The translations under genes and the position numbers were made by a program. This document shows positions 19,362 to 29,351 of a stretch of DNA of 64,000 nt, piece after piece. The DNA lies in IMG/VR virus record IMGVR_UViG_3300034072_000758, positions 310,001-374,000 of that record; one strand, written 5' to 3'. Under the pieces are notes generated by a model. The model did not search any database, was not told where the DNA came from, and saw only the letters and a program-made list of their open reading frames with translations. Each line of letters opens with the position of its first letter. The first letter of the stretch is position 1.

Positions 19362-20435
19362 TTAGGCGTAAGTGATGATCACGTTAGCCGAACCTTGGGT
19401 AGCTGTTCCGGTAATGTATACGAAAACTTCTGTTTCCGTGTTAGCCGGGAACTGATAGATTGGTGTTGAAACAAAGGCATCTTCGGTTTGGAGATCGTTT
19501 TGATTAGAACCCATCAGACGGTCATTGTCACCAGCATCACCTACAGAGATTTCGAAATCCCCGTCGAATGCGTCTGTTACTTCAACCGACACCTCAACAA
19601 CACGAGCGCCGTTGCCAACTTTACCCAAAGAGATAGAGCCAGTATCGCTCGATGTGATAACCAGCTTGGTCGTCAGCGAGTCGCTTCTTGCCGAGTCTTG
19701 CGTAGAGGTTAGTGTCCAACCACCGTCTGTATAGATGTAGTTAGCCCATTCACCAGCACCAGCATCGGTAGTGATCGCGCTCGCGTCTTTAACGTGAACA
19801 GTGTCGCCTTCACCCGCATCTATAGCGTCACGAGCCGCAATATCAGCAACTACATAAGACTTAGTAGCTGTTGCACCTGTAGCACCAATATACTGATAAA
19901 TTTCAATATAGATACCGTGTGTCGAAACCGAAACTGTCCCCGTTCCAATAGTAGCGGTCTTTCCCGATGGGATGGTGTTGAAGAAGGTTACAACGCCAGC
20001 CATATAGTCAACATAGTATTCTTCGTTTGTTGTATCAGGGAAGATACGAACCGCTGGACCGCCATTAGGGTCGCCGATGTAAACCTTGGCCAGATAGCCC
20101 GAACCAAAAGTAGTTGGAATAAACTTACCTTGGTGTGTAGCTAAGTTTCCAAAGGTTGTTGTAGCGAACCATGTTTGGTTTGAAGGAGCCGTTGGGTCTT
20201 GAGTACAACGGATTCTGTTAGCTCCGGTATAGAGTTTCACCGTCGTTGTATCAGAAACCGGAGGGGTTGCTGAAACTGCCGAAGATTCCGCCCAAAAGCT
20301 GTCGGCGAGAACTGGCATAGCGGAAGCTACTGTTTCGTTCGAACCAGCCTTGTTGGCGGCGGAAGCAGTCTTGGATGTACCATAACCGATTTTCTTCCAA
20401 AGGAGGTCAAGTTTTTCTGCGTCTGAAATAGCCAT
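19362..20435 (-). CDS. Virion structural or fibre-associated protein
   Basis: N-terminal half paralogous to 58776..61598; C-terminal half paralogous to the C-terminus of 61614..63578. Confidence 0.75.
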   Translation of the reverse strand: MAISDAEKLDLLWKKIGYGTSKTASAANKAGSNETVASAMPVLADSFWAESSAVSATPPVSDTTTVKLYTGANRIRCTQDPTAPSNQTWFATTTFGNLATHQGKFIPTTFGSGYLAKVYIGDPNGGPAVRIFPDTTNEEYYVDYMAGVVTFFNTIPSGKTATIGTGTVSVSTHGIYIEIYQYIGATGATATKSYVVADIAARDAIDAGEGDTVHVKDASAITTDAGAGEWANYIYTDGGWTLTSTQDSARSDSLTTKLVITSSDTGSISLGKVGNGARVVEVSVEVTDAFDGDFEISVGDAGDNDRLMGSNQNDLQTEDAFVSTPIYQFPANTETEVFVYITGTATQGSANVIITYA

Positions 20436-20454
20436 TTTTTACTTTCTCCTTTCC

Positions 20455-22260
20455 TTAGTTTGTGAAGCTCAAAGCGGTGATTTGCTGACCAGCGGTAAGT
20501 CTGAAACGAACCAAGATCATGTTGCTTGTAGCGTTTGTGGATGACTGCGTACCGAAGGTAACTGTATAAGTTCCCGACGCGCCTGCCATGACCGTACCGG
20601 AAGCACAACCTGCGTTCGTGTCACCAGTTTCACCCGGAACACCAGCGCCATCGTAAGATTGGAAAGCATTCCACCAACCGCCAGCGGCGTTTGGTGAGAT
20701 TGTTCCGTTGTCGGAAACACCCGGAAGCTTAATCCAGCAACCGTTATACGAACCTGTTACGTTGATTTTGAACTGCGACAGAGCGGTTCTTGCGAAAGCA
20801 AATGTTACGTATTGAGCACCCGAACGACCAGTCGAATAGTTTGGACCGACTGGTAGATAACCAGTCGAATAGTTTGTTTGGTCATGCTTCAAGACACCGC
20901 CAACAACAGTAGCTTCATAAGTTGGAAGCGCTGCTGTGTTCGACCAAGCTGTATAAGCTGCGGACGGCGTGTCACCCGAACCTGTGTTGACGCGAATAGC
21001 GTTGTTCGAGTTAGGAGAAGAACCCAGACCGGTAACAGTTACCGACAGTTCATCAATACGCACACCAGCCGAACCAATCTTCACGAGAATGTTGTTGGAC
21101 GACAGATCGGTTGTTGTCGAAGAACCGTTTACGTTCTTAGCAACACCTTGGAGACGACCTACGTTGTGAACATTCGAACCGTCGATATTTACGTTTACTG
21201 CGGAAAATGCTGTGGCGGCGGTCGTGTTGGCAGCGAATGGTGTTGAAAGACCCAGACCAGAATAGGTCAGAGTGTCCGAAGAAATGATGGAGTTTGTACC
21301 CGAAATTACGAATGGATCAGACCCACCGTAATAGGTTTGGCCAGCCAAATTCGAGATAGAAGCGTTTGCGGTCAGAACCGAACCAGTTGTGTAGTGCGGG
21401 ATATTCGAGGAATACGCCAGAGTGGCCGACGACTGATTGACCGACGCCAATGTGATCGAAGGAACTGCTGTCAGTTGGTCTCTTACGAAATAAACTTCAC
21501 CGGTGTTACCAGCACCGGAGTGGGTGATCTGAAACTTGTTAACACCCAAAGAAGCCGCTGCGAGCGTAACTTGTGTGCTGATCGATTTCCAAAAACCCGG
21601 TGTTGATACAGGGAAATCGTTTTGGTTAGAGAGAACCAAACCAGAATAGTTGCCAGTATCACCCGAACCGGTCAGGGTCTTCGATCCCAACGAAGTGCCG
21701 TTCATCAACAGGGAGATTGTACCCGAAGACGCTGGACCCATATTGGCGAAAAGGTTAGACGATACACCCGACGCCGTAATACGAGTTACAGCCGACCCAG
21801 CCGTAATAGTAGAAGTACCCGAATTGTCAGCAACACCCGAAGCCAAGAACGGTGTGTTACCGGCGGTGTTTGTTACTGTCAGGGCGTTAGCGTTAGGGAA
21901 AGCTGGTGGCGCAGATGGTGCCAACAGACCCAAAATAGTATTAAGCTGATCAACAGCGTTAGAAAGAGAAGTGTTGCTTGTTAAAGGAACCGCGCCAGCG
22001 TAGGAACCGTCGCCCTTCGAAGCATCACCCATAAGAACGTCATATCCATCAGATACGGCGTTAGCCAGCGCGGCATTAAGCTGAGACAAGACAACAACGT
22101 CAGTATTCGCAACGGCGGGAGCCGCGCGGAAATTGACTAATGTTGACTCATCGGCGCTGCGGGCTTCGAGCGTAGTTGAGTTTGTTTTAAGGCGGGGACC
22201 AGCCTTACCAAACTGAACATTGGCTCCAATACCACTGAGTCCAAATTGTTTGCTTTCCAT
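20455..22260 (-). CDS. Virion structural or fibre protein (Ser/Thr/Gly-rich, beta-rich)
   Basis: Body paralogous to 56870..58765; N-terminus paralogous to the ORF at 63700; CTAAATA promoter upstream. Confidence 0.75.
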   Translation of the reverse strand: MESKQFGLSGIGANVQFGKAGPRLKTNSTTLEARSADESTLVNFRAAPAVANTDVVVLSQLNAALANAVSDGYDVLMGDASKGDGSYAGAVPLTSNTSLSNAVDQLNTILGLLAPSAPPAFPNANALTVTNTAGNTPFLASGVADNSGTSTITAGSAVTRITASGVSSNLFANMGPASSGTISLLMNGTSLGSKTLTGSGDTGNYSGLVLSNQNDFPVSTPGFWKSISTQVTLAAASLGVNKFQITHSGAGNTGEVYFVRDQLTAVPSITLASVNQSSATLAYSSNIPHYTTGSVLTANASISNLAGQTYYGGSDPFVISGTNSIISSDTLTYSGLGLSTPFAANTTAATAFSAVNVNIDGSNVHNVGRLQGVAKNVNGSSTTTDLSSNNILVKIGSAGVRIDELSVTVTGLGSSPNSNNAIRVNTGSGDTPSAAYTAWSNTAALPTYEATVVGGVLKHDQTNYSTGYLPVGPNYSTGRSGAQYVTFAFARTALSQFKINVTGSYNGCWIKLPGVSDNGTISPNAAGGWWNAFQSYDGAGVPGETGDTNAGCASGTVMAGASGTYTVTFGTQSSTNATSNMILVRFRLTAGQQITALSFTN

Positions 22261-22426
22261 CAATTTTCTCCTAAAAAGAATCGGGATGTTACCGATATGT
22301 ATTTAGTCGATGCCCTTGATAATTAAGGCCGTAGTTACTGTAAAAAATGATTTTGATCGGTTTTAACTTGACGAATATTTTTTATCCTATAGATTGACTA
22401 TGAATATTCAATTTGAGGTTTAGAAA

Positions 22427-22921
22427 ATGGTTGAAGAGGTTCGTAACGAATATGCGCCAGCGCAAAAAACTGTAGTTGAACGGGTGTTATTGGTTGGTCT
22501 AGGTATAGCTATTACACTGTTCTTCATGTGGGTGGTTTGGGTAGTCAACAGTATTCCGAACTCTAGTAATGTTCGCCTAGAATTATCGGAACTGCGCGAC
22601 TACGAAACCACGGGTGGTGAATTAGACGTGGCTGTTTCTAGCCTCAGTGATGCCTTTGTGGACAAACGATCTGAAAGTGACATCAATAAGGCTCGTATTA
22701 AAGCGGTTGTCGCTGTTGAGCGCCATCGGCTCGAAGCCAACGATGTCGTACCCATGATGACTTCCCAAGAGGCTTGGATATACGCAGCCACCCTCAGCCG
22801 CCTCGATCATCAGATAGAAACTGTGGACGATCTTCCATCTATGGTGAAAACAGCCAATACTCTGTTCGCTCTGGTGAAAGAACGCCAAGATAATTTAAAA
22901 AGGATCAGAAAAAAATATTAA
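22427..22921 (+). CDS. Single-pass membrane protein
   Basis: TM segment VLLVGLGIAITLFFMWVVWVV; TTGACG promoter. Confidence 0.7.
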   Translation: MVEEVRNEYAPAQKTVVERVLLVGLGIAITLFFMWVVWVVNSIPNSSNVRLELSELRDYETTGGELDVAVSSLSDAFVDKRSESDINKARIKAVVAVERHRLEANDVVPMMTSQEAWIYAATLSRLDHQIETVDDLPSMVKTANTLFALVKERQDNLKRIRKKY

Positions 22922-22962
22922 GCTATTGACATTGGGTATAGAGGTAGCTTATAAATACATCA

Positions 22963-23292
22963 TCACTGTTTGACGACTGTGTAATAGGCTTGGTAAGACG
23001 GGAGTTCGACTCTCCCCGCCTCCACCATTGAATACATTAGTTGCTAGGTAGCCCCTAGTACGGAATATAGGATTGATCATCCTTAGCAGGTTCGAATCCT
23101 GCCCGAATGTGTTCTATTATGGGGGCGTTTTGGTTTCGATTATCGGCTGACGGACAGGAATAGGTGACGGTAAGAAACGACCGACCAATCAGTTCAAATT
23201 CATACTTGCCAACGACAACGTTGACATGAAGGACATGGCGCTCGCCGCCTAATCCATTCGGGGCTTGAGAGAGCCTAGCAACAGAATCTCTC
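22963..23292 (+). ncRNA. ssrA: Circularly permuted two-piece tmRNA (alphaproteobacterial type), tag ANDNVDMKDMALAA
   Basis: Acceptor piece ends GACGGGAGTTCGACTCTCCCCGCCTCCACCA (23027); coding piece starts GGGGGCG (23121) with G3.U70; tag 23208-23252; GGGC..GAGAGA-GCCT-AGCAACAGAA-TCTCTC pseudoknot; TTGACA and TATAAATA promoter at 22926-22957. Confidence 0.93.
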
Positions 23293-23293
23293 G

Positions 23294-23399
23294 TTCTATC
23301 TACAGAGTCCGGCCCCACAAGGGAAAGGCGTACAGACGGTTATATTGTTAGATACAGAACTTCACTTCGGTGCCTTCTGTGTGGCCATGTAACCTAGAA
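23294..23399 (+). ncRNA. Candidate structured RNA co-transcribed after tmRNA
   Basis: Nested stems TTCTA/TAGAA, TACA/TGTA, GGCC/GGCC enclosing ACAGAA/TTCTGT with a C(UUCG)G loop; no ORF; lies upstream of the terminator. Confidence 0.45.
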
Positions 23400-23415
23400 A
23401 TCTGTTTGATCAATT

Positions 23416-23439
23416 AGGCTCGCTTCGGCGGGCCTTTTT
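23416..23439 (+). terminator. Intrinsic terminator
   Basis: AGGCTCGC-TTCG-GCGGGCCT-TTTT. Confidence 0.85.
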
Positions 23440-23506
23440 GCGTTTGACTTGACATTTGAGTATTTCGTGATACGATATACTTAGGTCAATATCGGAGGTA
23501 TAAAAT

Positions 23507-23773
23507 ATGATCAGCCAAGAAAGACAAAATTTCTTCAAAAGCCTCAAGATACATCAAATTCGCGGGAAAGGAACCATCGGTTTCGGTCAGGTGGTCAATC
23601 TGACTTCCAGCGACAACGACTATATCAAGTACCCTTGTAAGGGTGTTCTGGACATCATCGAACAAGGTATGGACCTCAGCATCATCGTTGCGGTCTTTCA
23701 CCAGATGAAAGACGATGGCTCGCTCGGCCCGCCGCAACGTGTCGGTAAAGTCAAGTTCAATAACGAGGTTTAG
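23507..23773 (+). CDS. Hypothetical protein
   Basis: GGAGGT SD; TTGACA promoter upstream. Confidence 0.7.
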   Translation: MISQERQNFFKSLKIHQIRGKGTIGFGQVVNLTSSDNDYIKYPCKGVLDIIEQGMDLSIIVAVFHQMKDDGSLGPPQRVGKVKFNNEV

Positions 23774-23775
23774 CT

Positions 23776-24000
23776 ATGTGTCAGACTCTCGTTCTCCCTC
23801 TCAAAGGAACTCCACGGTATCTCGGCTGTTCGGATGATGGTCGAACAGGCCGGTGGCAACTTCGTTGTCTGTCCTGCGGGAAGCACTACGAACCGATAAC
23901 CACTCTGTTCGCTACCCAGATCACGACGCATGATCAATGTGGAGCGCAGCACTTCGCCGATTATAACAAGGGAACTTACGAACTGTTCGAGTTCACCTAA
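23776..24000 (+). CDS. Small zinc-ribbon-like protein
   Basis: CLSCG...HDQCG; GAGG SD. Confidence 0.6.
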   Translation: MCQTLVLPLKGTPRYLGCSDDGRTGRWQLRCLSCGKHYEPITTLFATQITTHDQCGAQHFADYNKGTYELFEFT

Positions 24001-24037
24001 AAAGAAAGCCGCCTCGAAGGGCGGCTTTTTTATTTGA

Positions 24038-25105
24038 TCATGGTGTCCGGTCGTTGATGATCTCGTAGAACGGAGTGTCATCATCTGAAATAGGCGTGTT
24101 TCCGTCCTCGTCCGGCAAGTCCGACCCAAGCTTATCCAAGGTAGCTTGATAGCGTTCAACCGCCAATTCCTTCACGTCTCCGGTTGCTGCCGTCCTGATC
24201 GAGTACAAGCCATGACCCGTATTCATAAAGTTTAGCAAGGTAGCCGCGTCAGTGGTATCTTTTAATTCCGAAATCAACATATCGAAATTGGAAGCTTCAT
24301 TTTGGCCAGCAAGAGTTGCGATCATACCAGCAACATCTTTTATTTCTTCGTAAATTACAGTTTCCCAAATCGGATCACCGGGATAAATTTCTCCCGTTTG
24401 AATACGTTCCAATCTCTCGGTCATGACATCCACGACCGCATTAGTCAGCGTGAACGATCCAAAGAAATCATTATACCGAAATACAGCGTCCCCAGCCCAA
24501 GTTCTTCCTAGATCACTCGCCACATCTAACCAAGTATGATAAGCTTCTGCGTTTCTATAAAACATAGCATTGCTTTCGTTGTTAGCCATGTCAAAATGGA
24601 ACTCTTGATTAGTATCAACATTACCACTCGCATTACCTAATATAAGAGCAAGGTTACTGAGAGTTACGTTGGCAAAGCTCGCGTATATAGCATTAGCGGT
24701 CGTTACACTGTTATTTTTACAATACAATGTAACCCCAGCGAGGGGAATGAGACCATATTCAAAAGTATTTACAGTATTAGCATCGGTGATAGAAAAGGTA
24801 CGAGTATCGTCTACTTCCATATTAAACGTGGAAGTTACACTGCCGGACAAACCAATACCAATACTGAACACATGATTGGTGTTATTATAGTTAATACTAG
24901 GACCACCAATAGTAACGTTGGTTAAAGTTACATTACTGACAGCCACATTACTGTTAGTGTTGGCTATCTCGTTGACAACTGCTTGAATAGCCGCCACACC
25001 GGGGGCGACTGATGTTGGAGCAAATGCTCGACCGTCCCGAACGGCCACAAATGTCTTCGAAAGAGTTTCAACATCTGCTGGATTTTTAATAAATTTTTCA
25101 GTCAT
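24038..25105 (-). CDS. Hypothetical, probably virion or baseplate-associated protein
   Basis: 355 aa ORF translationally coupled (TAATG) to the PAAR-M15 gene. Confidence 0.65.
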   Translation of the reverse strand: MTEKFIKNPADVETLSKTFVAVRDGRAFAPTSVAPGVAAIQAVVNEIANTNSNVAVSNVTLTNVTIGGPSINYNNTNHVFSIGIGLSGSVTSTFNMEVDDTRTFSITDANTVNTFEYGLIPLAGVTLYCKNNSVTTANAIYASFANVTLSNLALILGNASGNVDTNQEFHFDMANNESNAMFYRNAEAYHTWLDVASDLGRTWAGDAVFRYNDFFGSFTLTNAVVDVMTERLERIQTGEIYPGDPIWETVIYEEIKDVAGMIATLAGQNEASNFDMLISELKDTTDAATLLNFMNTGHGLYSIRTAATGDVKELAVERYQATLDKLGSDLPDEDGNTPISDDDTPFYEIINDRTP

Positions 25106-25902
25106 TATCGCATCTTCTTCAATCCGGGTGGATATTTTGTTCCATAAGACGCTTGAAACGACTTATGGTAGGTGTTGACCTTCTTTCGATTACCTTTTCG
25201 GTTGAAGCTCAGATGGAACCAGCAATTTGGACGGTTATCACTATATTCCAAAATGAATTGGTCATAGTTCACGTTATCCCGAACCCATAAAGCTCGCGCC
25301 CAGATTTCATCTTGGGTGAGACCATCCCACTGGAAATCAGCCGCTTGACCGCGTTCGTGTTGACTCTTACCAGAACCGTGACGGAACCCGCTATTAACGT
25401 TTACTCGACCGTATTTTTCCAAAAGTTTTTCGGCGCAATTTACGGACAGCGCTCTCAAATTACATACCAGTTGGGGAACAGTAAAACCGGCCTGTTCCTT
25501 AAGCTGATAACCATTCATACGAACATTGGTCGTGAAATCTTTTAGCTTGAAATGCGGAGACAATTGAAGATTACCAGTCACTTCGCCAGTTAAACCATCA
25601 CAATCAACGCTAATTGGTGATGTGTTATTATTGTTACCGTTTTCACTGGCTAATACTCCATCGGCTGTTCCTTCTCGAATAGCCTTATCCAAGATAGCTT
25701 TGTCCTCCGGGGACATGCTGTCATAATCGATGTCATCATTATGGGTCTCAGAAGCTTCCTCAGCGGTATAAGCGAATATATTTCCCTTATACACATTCAC
25801 GTTGACTCCCCCACCACCCATGTCCGTAAACAGCGTGGCCGAACCCGTTATGATCTTCCCACCACTTTCGGTGAAGTTACCAACACGAGCGACTTTGAAC
25901 AT
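25105..25902 (-). CDS. PAAR-like N-terminus fused to a peptidase M15 (peptidoglycan hydrolase) domain
   Basis: VARVGN...GKIITGSATLF; LSPHFKL.DF, NSGFR, SQHERGQAAD, WFHLS. Confidence 0.75.
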   Translation of the reverse strand: MFKVARVGNFTESGGKIITGSATLFTDMGGGGVNVNVYKGNIFAYTAEEASETHNDDIDYDSMSPEDKAILDKAIREGTADGVLASENGNNNNTSPISVDCDGLTGEVTGNLQLSPHFKLKDFTTNVRMNGYQLKEQAGFTVPQLVCNLRALSVNCAEKLLEKYGRVNVNSGFRHGSGKSQHERGQAADFQWDGLTQDEIWARALWVRDNVNYDQFILEYSDNRPNCWFHLSFNRKGNRKKVNTYHKSFQASYGTKYPPGLKKMR

Positions 25903-26240
25903 TATACGATCAGACCTTTGTTAGGAATTTCAATTGGAGAGACCGCATTGCTATACGACTTCTTCAAATTGTCATTGACCTTGAGTGTTGGAAGAATGGT
26001 GATAGTCGAGAGGTTGAAGGAAAATTCCTCTGTATCGTGAATTACTGACAACGGGATGAACTGAATAGCCATACCGCCGCCCTTACCAGACGGGTCATTG
26101 ACCAGATGGACGATCAATGGGCGAGTAACCGTGAGTACAGTATCAGTTTGCGATCCAAACTTAGCAATAATGTCTGTACCGTCAACAAGTCTAAATAATA
26201 CGACATCAAATTCTTTTATTTTATTACTTGTGATAAGCAT
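25902..26240 (-). CDS. Small protein with probable Sm-like fold
   Basis: VVLFRLVDGTDIIAK....LTVTRPL pattern typical of T4-like phage Sm-like proteins. Confidence 0.5.
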   Translation of the reverse strand: MLITSNKIKEFDVVLFRLVDGTDIIAKFGSQTDTVLTVTRPLIVHLVNDPSGKGGGMAIQFIPLSVIHDTEEFSFNLSTITILPTLKVNDNLKKSYSNAVSPIEIPNKGLIV

Positions 26241-26351
26241 AAATATCTACTCCTACATAGAAAGTTAATAGTAGGTGTTAACCCCTGAAAAGTCAATTTT
26301 TTTGTGGTTTAAAATAAATAAAAGAAAGCATTTATCAGGAGATATACTTTC

Positions 26352-29237
26352 ATGGCGACATTAAGTTCACCGGGCGTTAGTGTAACGATTTCAGCCGATC
26401 CGATTACAAGTTCGGGTCAGGAAGGAACTGTACCACTGGTCATCTTAGCAACAGCTTCCAACAAGACGATCTCTGGCACGGTAGCCGCCTATACAGCCCC
26501 ATCAAAGGCTGGTGCGTTGTTCCTCGCCACGTCACAAAGAGAATTGATTCAAAATTTCGGCGTTCCAACATTTAAAGTTCTGAACGGCACTCCTGTTCAC
26601 GGTAGTGAATTGAACGAGTATGGCCTTCATACGGCTTACGAGTTCTTGGGCGTATCCAATAGATGCTATATCCTACGCGCTGACATCGATCTGGACCAAT
26701 TGGAACCATCGTCTTCTGAGCCTACTGGTGACCCAATCGTCGGTACATACTGGTTCGATACATCGGCCACGTCATTTGGTGTATTCCAATCGAACGGTGA
26801 TGCTCTCGCCGGGTCCGCTTGGAAAGTACAACCAGTAACCGTTCTGGACGAAAACAACACCGTTGACGTAAACGGCTCATTTGTTCCAGCCGCGAACTAT
26901 GGTGAAGATGGTGATTTCGCCATCGTGATCATCCAATCCGATAATCTGCTTTATGAAAAGATCGGCGGCACATGGTATCATGTTGGATCGGCTGATTGGA
27001 AGGGCGCTCGCCCTACAACCGTTGTTGGTAGCGCATCGCCAGCGAATTTGCTGACAACTGATACACTTGTAATCAATGGTTCGACTGTTGACTTCCTGAC
27101 ACTTGACTCGTCGTTCGACGGTACTTTGGCAAAGGTTGTTGCCGGTATTAACGCCGCTGCTATCGCCAACATCACCGCAACTATCTCCGGTGCTGGTGCT
27201 CTGGTTATCACAAACAGCACAGGCGGTGACATCACGCTGGCTAACGGTGACGGCACAGGCTTGGCTACTCTGGGTCTCACTGCTGGCACCGTAACCGGCG
27301 TTCAGTTCTCAATGACCAATAACGCTCAATACCCAACCACCACCACAGCCGGTTCGGTTTGGGTTAAGGGTTCGCCATCAAACAATGGTGCTAAGTGGAC
27401 GGTGAAGTATTACGCTTCCAGCACTGGTTGGACCGTTGTAAGCGCTCCATTCTACCCATTCAACTCTCTGCTGGCTGATGGTAGCCCATCGAAGGACTTG
27501 GCCGCTACAAACGCTCTACAGCCTGTTTCCGGCACTCTATATGTTGGTTATGACGCTGGTAACGGCACTCAGCAACTCCGCCGCTTCAATGGCTTCACAT
27601 GGGAAAACCTCACATATGAAGCTGGCTCGATTGCCCCAACAACCAACCCAGAAACCGGAACACTTTGGTACAATGCCGACTTCAAGGTTGACATCATGTA
27701 TGGAACGGGTTCGCAGTGGATTGGTTATCAGCGCAAATATCCGGCGACAAACCCGGAAGGCGTATTCCTGACAGCTACCCAACCAACACAACAGTCGGAT
27801 GGTACAGCACTGGTTGACTACGATCTGTGGATCGATACTTCCGATCTGGAAAACTATCCAAAGCTGTATCGTTATAACGAAACTTCGAGAAAGTGGACTT
27901 TGGTTGACAACACCGACAATAGCTCGCCATTCGGTATCGTATTCGCCGATGCTCGTGCCACATCAGGTGCGAACTATTCTGGTAACACTGGTTCGTATAA
28001 CTACAACTCGGTCGCAATTGCCGACCTGTTGAAGTCGAACTGCGTTGATCCAGACGCGCCAGACCCAAGAACCTACCCAGATGGCGTTCTGTTGTTCAAC
28101 ACACGTTTCTCTACATACAACGTGAAGCAATATCAGGACAACTACTTCGCAGATGGTGGTTACAACGATACTGACTATACAATGACAACCTACACTGTGG
28201 GTAACTCGCCAGCATTCTCGGCTCTGCCTACAGTAGCTCGTTGGGTTTCAACATCGGGTAATAAGACAAATGGCGCTCCTTACATGGGTCGCAAGGCTCA
28301 ACGCGCTATGATCGTTCGTGCCATGTCTGCTGCTGTTGCTGCCAATGACGACATCCGTTCGGAACTGGTTTATTACAATCTGATCGCCGCTCCGGGTTAC
28401 GCTGAACTGATCGATGAAATGGTCAACCTGAATACTGACCAAAAGGAAATCTCTTTCATCGTTGGTGATACTCCTGCGCGTCTCGACCCATCGGGAACAT
28501 CTATCAATAATTGGGCCGGTAACGCCAATAATGCCGCTTCGAACGGCGAAGATGGTCTGGTTTCCGCTTCCAGCTATGTTGGTATCTACTATCCTTGGGG
28601 TCTCTCAACCGATCTGTACGGCAACGAAGTCATGGTCCCACCATCGTCTATCGCTCTGAACGTTATCGCGTATAACGATCAGATCGCTTATCCTTGGTAT
28701 GCTCCTGCTGGTTCCCGTCGCGGACTCGTAAACAACGCTTCTTCGGTTGGTTACCTGAACGCAGAAGGCGAGTACACACCGGTTATCCTGAACCAAGGTC
28801 AAAGAGATACGCTGTATCTCAAGAACATCAACCCAATCGCTTATATTCCGGGTCGTGGTTTGACTGTATACGGTCAAAAGACACTGGATAACGCAACTGA
28901 GTTGAACCGAGTTAATACGGCTCGTCTGGCCAACTATGTAAAGTACAACCTCGACAAGCTCACAAAGTCCTTCCTGTTCGAGCAAAACGACGCTCAAACC
29001 CGCGCTTCTGCCGGTAATGCTGTCGCCAGCTTCCTGAACGGTCTGGTTGGTCTGCGTGGCCTCGAAGACTACGTAGTTGTCTGTGACGAAACAAACAACA
29101 CCTCGGAACGCCGTGACGCAAACGAACTGTGGATCGACGTAGCTATCAAGCCAATTGATGCTATCGAATTTATCTACATCCCGGTTCGAATTGTAAACGG
29201 AACAACAGACCTCACCACCAGCGTAACAGTTGGATAA
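26352..29237 (+). CDS. Contractile tail sheath protein (gp18-like) with large insertions
   Basis: LSSPGVSV, ELNEYGL, YPWYAPAG.RRG, INPI, YGQKT, RVN.ARL, LFEQND, VCDETNNT, KP..AIEFIYIP. Confidence 0.95.
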   Translation: MATLSSPGVSVTISADPITSSGQEGTVPLVILATASNKTISGTVAAYTAPSKAGALFLATSQRELIQNFGVPTFKVLNGTPVHGSELNEYGLHTAYEFLGVSNRCYILRADIDLDQLEPSSSEPTGDPIVGTYWFDTSATSFGVFQSNGDALAGSAWKVQPVTVLDENNTVDVNGSFVPAANYGEDGDFAIVIIQSDNLLYEKIGGTWYHVGSADWKGARPTTVVGSASPANLLTTDTLVINGSTVDFLTLDSSFDGTLAKVVAGINAAAIANITATISGAGALVITNSTGGDITLANGDGTGLATLGLTAGTVTGVQFSMTNNAQYPTTTTAGSVWVKGSPSNNGAKWTVKYYASSTGWTVVSAPFYPFNSLLADGSPSKDLAATNALQPVSGTLYVGYDAGNGTQQLRRFNGFTWENLTYEAGSIAPTTNPETGTLWYNADFKVDIMYGTGSQWIGYQRKYPATNPEGVFLTATQPTQQSDGTALVDYDLWIDTSDLENYPKLYRYNETSRKWTLVDNTDNSSPFGIVFADARATSGANYSGNTGSYNYNSVAIADLLKSNCVDPDAPDPRTYPDGVLLFNTRFSTYNVKQYQDNYFADGGYNDTDYTMTTYTVGNSPAFSALPTVARWVSTSGNKTNGAPYMGRKAQRAMIVRAMSAAVAANDDIRSELVYYNLIAAPGYAELIDEMVNLNTDQKEISFIVGDTPARLDPSGTSINNWAGNANNAASNGEDGLVSASSYVGIYYPWGLSTDLYGNEVMVPPSSIALNVIAYNDQIAYPWYAPAGSRRGLVNNASSVGYLNAEGEYTPVILNQGQRDTLYLKNINPIAYIPGRGLTVYGQKTLDNATELNRVNTARLANYVKYNLDKLTKSFLFEQNDAQTRASAGNAVASFLNGLVGLRGLEDYVVVCDETNNTSERRDANELWIDVAIKPIDAIEFIYIPVRIVNGTTDLTTSVTVG

Positions 29238-29242
29238 TAAAA

Positions 29243-29272
29243 GAAAAGGCGCTCTACGGAGCGCCTTTTTTC
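29243..29272 (+). terminator. Intrinsic terminator
   Basis: AAAAGGCGCTC-TACG-GAGCGCCTTTTTT. Confidence 0.85.
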
Positions 29273-29351
29273 TGTTCTTTTGATCCATAAAAACCGACTA
29301 TTTCGATATTGCCTAAATATTAATAAGAACTTTTTTTGAGGGTCTATCTAA

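Noticed and set aside
23055-23318. 87-aa minus-strand ORF
   Set aside because: Antisense to tmRNA.
23300-23360. RNase P-like words (AGTCCGG...ACAGAAC) and a 6S-like rod fold
   Set aside because: Far too short for RNase P and the P4 partner is missing; no clear 6S central bubble. Kept only as an unassigned RNA.
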